This document shows positions 29,607 to 32,000 of a stretch of DNA of 32,000 nucleotides, one piece after another. The position numbers were made by a program, and so were the translations under genes. Each line of letters opens with the position of its first letter. Within the stretch, counting starts at the first letter, position 1. The notes beneath the pieces were generated by a model that was given only the letters and a program-made list of their open reading frames with translations, did not search any database and was not told the DNA's origin. This stretch comes from Geotalea uraniireducens Rf4 (lineage in GTDB: Bacteria; Desulfobacterota; Desulfuromonadia; Geobacterales; Geobacteraceae): the NCBI RefSeq assembly GCF_000016745.1, contig NC_009483.1, positions 2,790,001-2,822,000 of the forward strand. The letters run 5' to 3'.

Positions 29607-29727
29607 CCTGACCCCCCAGATTTCCCCCTGACCCCCCAGATTTCCCCCTGACCCCCCAGATTTCCCCCTGACCCCCCAGATTTCCCCCTGACCCCCCAGA
29701 TTTCCCTGACCCCCCAGATTTCCCCTG
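29607..29727. repeat. Tandem direct repeat, 6 copies of a ~20-bp unit (accccccagatttccccctg)
   Basis: Unit starts at 29611, 29631, 29651, 29671, 29691 and 29709, giving spacings of 20, 20, 20, 20 and 18 nt. There are no spacers. It ends 3 nt before the stop codon (29731-29733) of the membrane-protein gene. Confidence 0.95.
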
Positions 29728-29730
29728 GTA

Positions 29731-30219
29731 TCAGCTGTTTCGGGCATAAACCAGCCAGGCATGCAAGTTGTGAAAGATCAGGAACAGCCCGGATAACACC
29801 AGGTAAATCCTGGAGCTGTAGGGCATTGCAGAGATGGTCAGAGTATCTCCAATCAAGGCGATGCCCGCCAGCCAGACGACCGGGGTGTATGCAGGCGCCA
29901 AGAAACCGGCGGCACTGGTACTCCAGGCACTTTCCGGAAATGCAATCTGTACCCACCACGATGCGAAGTAGAGCACGATCCCGACCAGATATAACCAAAG
30001 ACCAACCCTTTGACTCAGTGTGGAAATGCTGAATCGCATGACCAGTGGCAGAATCATAACCGCTATGCGCAGAATGTTTTCAGCCAGGGAAATCCAACCG
30101 GGAATGTCCTTCCAGAACTGATCCGTCTTGTATGCGCTCGGAAGATAGCGCGCGAAAATAACGTTGAACACCAGAATTGGTAGCAACAGCCAGAAAGTGT
30201 TTGCCAACAGTGACCTCAT
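29731..30219 (-). CDS. Hypothetical polytopic membrane protein
   Basis: From the ATG at 30219: MRSLLANTFWLLLPILVFNVIF..., about five hydrophobic helices. ATGA start/stop overlap with the upstream gene (30216-30219). Confidence 0.6.
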   Translation of the reverse strand: MRSLLANTFWLLLPILVFNVIFARYLPSAYKTDQFWKDIPGWISLAENILRIAVMILPLVMRFSISTLSQRVGLWLYLVGIVLYFASWWVQIAFPESAWSTSAAGFLAPAYTPVVWLAGIALIGDTLTISAMPYSSRIYLVLSGLFLIFHNLHAWLVYARNS

Positions 30220-30617
30220 GAATTGCGTTGCTCCCTTTTGGCCCAGATGCATGACGGGATAAACGTGGCATATATCACGCCGTACAAAACGAACATCGGC
30301 ATCAGCTTTGGCAGCGCTATGAATTGCGACATGGCGACAAGCACGGCGGCAATAGCCAGAATGCTCACGACAGGGAACAACGTAATCAGCAGAATGTCGG
30401 CACGCTCAATCGGTTTCTTTTGCGCCCAGAACAACAGCACCGTCCAGCCGAGCATCAGCGCACCGGCAACACGTGAGACATAGAGATATACCGGGGATAT
30501 CTCGAATGGCAGCGGTTGAAGCACGGAATTGGCAACCGTTGGTGAGAAGAGCAGCAGCGATGCCACAACATCGGCGACAATTCCGATCCAGTAGGAAGTG
30601 ATCAGGAGTACTTTCAT
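30216..30617 (-). CDS. Hypothetical polytopic membrane protein (133 aa)
   Basis: MKVLLITSYWIGIVADVVASLLLF..., four hydrophobic helices. Translationally coupled to the downstream membrane protein. Confidence 0.6.
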   Translation of the reverse strand: MKVLLITSYWIGIVADVVASLLLFSPTVANSVLQPLPFEISPVYLYVSRVAGALMLGWTVLLFWAQKKPIERADILLITLFPVVSILAIAAVLVAMSQFIALPKLMPMFVLYGVIYATFIPSCIWAKREQRNS

Positions 30618-30697
30618 TGAACCTCTCGTTGCAGGCCTTCAGATGTTCAAATTCGTGCCGGAAAAACTATTTCGGTAGTGATAGATTCGCCCGTGTG

Positions 30698-31609
30698 TCA
30701 GTAGTAGTTCAACGACTGGAATGAGCGGCGAATGGCCTTCCGGTGCGGACTGGCGTGATAGCCCATGATCAGGATGATCTTCGGCGAATTCCCCTCGGGA
30801 AGCCCATATTTTTTCAACAAATCCCGTCGTCGCCCCACTACAGGAGCCGAGCAGCCGATCATACAGGTCCCCAGCCCCAGGGATTCGGCGGCAATCATGG
30901 CATAGGTGCAGGCGATTATTGCATCAGCGCTGTCACAATAGGGTGAGGAATGAAACATGAGGGCCGCCGGCGCGTTGTAGAAAACATAGTCCGTCCCTCG
31001 TTCCTTGCCTTTGACCAGAATACGGCCCAGCGGCAGGATGAAGCTCTGGAACTGCTGCCAGACGCTTTTTTTCATGAACAGCCTGGAAAGCTGTTTCATG
31101 GCAGCGTTGTCGAACAGCTTCAAAAAACCCCGATACGAGTCGGCCGTGTCCCTTGCCAGTTCGGCGACCTTGTCCCGCCCATGAAAGACGGTCACGCCAA
31201 CCTCCCAGGGGGGTATCCCCATCGGTGCCGTAGCCGCAACTGCCAGCACTTGGTCGATCACCAGGCGCGGAACGTCATCCCCGGTAAATTTACGTATGCT
31301 CCGCCGTGCCAGCAGCAGCGCTGCCAACTGATCCGCATCCGCCCGGGATTCGAGCATGGGGAGATCGACAATATCGTCCGGATGCAGCCTGCGTCCCGTA
31401 ACGCTGATGCAATGTGCAGGGCAGACCATCATGCATTGACCACAGGCAATGCAACCGAACATGGCGGCATTGTCGATGGCGATCCCGGTGGCCGTTTGTG
31501 TCAGGACTTCGAGCGGGCAGATGGCTGCACACGCGCCGCATGCCGTGCAGGAGTTCCTGTCGATGACCGGATTGCCCGGCGCATCGCCGAGACTGGATAT
31601 GACACCCAT
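30698..31609 (-). CDS. Ferredoxin-domain/nitroreductase-family fusion protein
   Basis: 303 aa. CTACGACAAICP and CIACGQCMMVCP, then a nitroreductase fold (LLARRSIRKF...PWEV...; ...IILIMGY). AAGGAG lies upstream of the ATG at 31609. Confidence 0.8.
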   Translation of the reverse strand: MGVISSLGDAPGNPVIDRNSCTACGACAAICPLEVLTQTATGIAIDNAAMFGCIACGQCMMVCPAHCISVTGRRLHPDDIVDLPMLESRADADQLAALLLARRSIRKFTGDDVPRLVIDQVLAVAATAPMGIPPWEVGVTVFHGRDKVAELARDTADSYRGFLKLFDNAAMKQLSRLFMKKSVWQQFQSFILPLGRILVKGKERGTDYVFYNAPAALMFHSSPYCDSADAIIACTYAMIAAESLGLGTCMIGCSAPVVGRRRDLLKKYGLPEGNSPKIILIMGYHASPHRKAIRRSFQSLNYY

Positions 31610-32000
31610 ACGTTAACTCCTTTTGCATTCAATGATAAAAGATGCACTCAGCGGGGTCGTACCCATTCATTAGTATTCCCAGCGCGTAGTTTTCAAAGCG
31701 ATTGCCGACCACATCGACCAGAAGGTTCTGATCAATACTCAATCATTCGAGTTATCTCGTGTCAATACAATTTTCTACCCAAAAAACGTAGAAAATAACT
31801 TCTAACTTACTAAAGTGGTCATTACATGCCTTTTTGATCATGTCAGTTAGAGTCGTTGCCAGCTCTCCGATACAAATCGAACCATATGTTTTATTAGATG
31901 GTCACAATATCTTCTGGATGCCGGTCGCATTATCTTTTCCCATTAGTCACCACTATTTACATTTTATCTCACCTACAAGCGCTTTGTCGCAAACCTGATG

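Noticed and set aside
29607-29727. Possible CRISPR array
   Set aside because: The repeats are directly abutting with no spacers, the unit is only 20 bp, and no cas genes are nearby.
29570-29998. 142-aa minus-strand ORF reading through the tandem array (EIWGVRGKSGGSG repeats)
   Set aside because: The repeat period is 20 nt, not a multiple of 3, so the peptide repeat changes frame. The ORF also overlaps the better-supported membrane-protein gene 29731..30219 in another frame.
31840-31998. 52-codon plus-strand ORF at the right edge
   Set aside because: No RBS, AT-rich composition and no recognisable motif.

Overview
GC-rich window that reads like a Geobacter/Desulfuromonadales-type chromosome segment. 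All calls come from reading the sequence and translations by eye; no searches were run.

**Left two thirds (about 0.8-17 kb): a redox/cofactor island.**
- Minus strand: moaA, a MOSC protein, a small RHH protein, etfB, a ferredoxin-fused etfA, a membrane HdrD/DsrK-like Fe-S oxidoreductase, an orphan radical SAM/SPASM enzyme, nfnA-nfnB, a small Cys-rich ORF and a CinA-like MoCF-domain protein.
- Plus strand, divergent: an Fe-alcohol dehydrogenase behind a sigma-54-like promoter, a Moco-type riboswitch, an aldehyde:ferredoxin oxidoreductase, MoaD-like and ThiF/MoeB-like genes, then a porin.
- Left edge: a GEMM-I riboswitch, probably the cGAMP-type variant, precedes a partial OMP gene.

**Most interesting locus (18.8-25.3 kb).** The minus strand carries a TonB-dependent receptor, then a 39-aa peptide ORF absent from the ORF track (MKVKGKKVAVGQEFIVILDAGMAPTGPVICCTGFYAIYR), then a terminator-like hairpin. 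These are followed by a radical SAM/SPASM enzyme with a roughly 90-aa N-terminal extension of the size of a RiPP recognition element. A periplasmic-binding-protein-like gene and a hybrid histidine kinase are transcribed divergently. I read this as a candidate uncharacterised RiPP production/uptake/sensing module.

**Right end.** PBP1A, an FmdB zinc-ribbon protein, a parvulin PPIase, two translationally coupled membrane proteins and a ferredoxin-nitroreductase fusion.

**Intergenic repeats.** The intergenic space is rich in structured repeats:
- a family of G/C-tract hairpin (REP-like) elements at five or more loci;
- two heptad-periodic palindromes in intercistronic gaps, with a related heptad array inside a CDS;
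- a 20-bp tandem array;
- a MITE-like 165-bp palindrome;
- a nested palindrome upstream of the porin gene.
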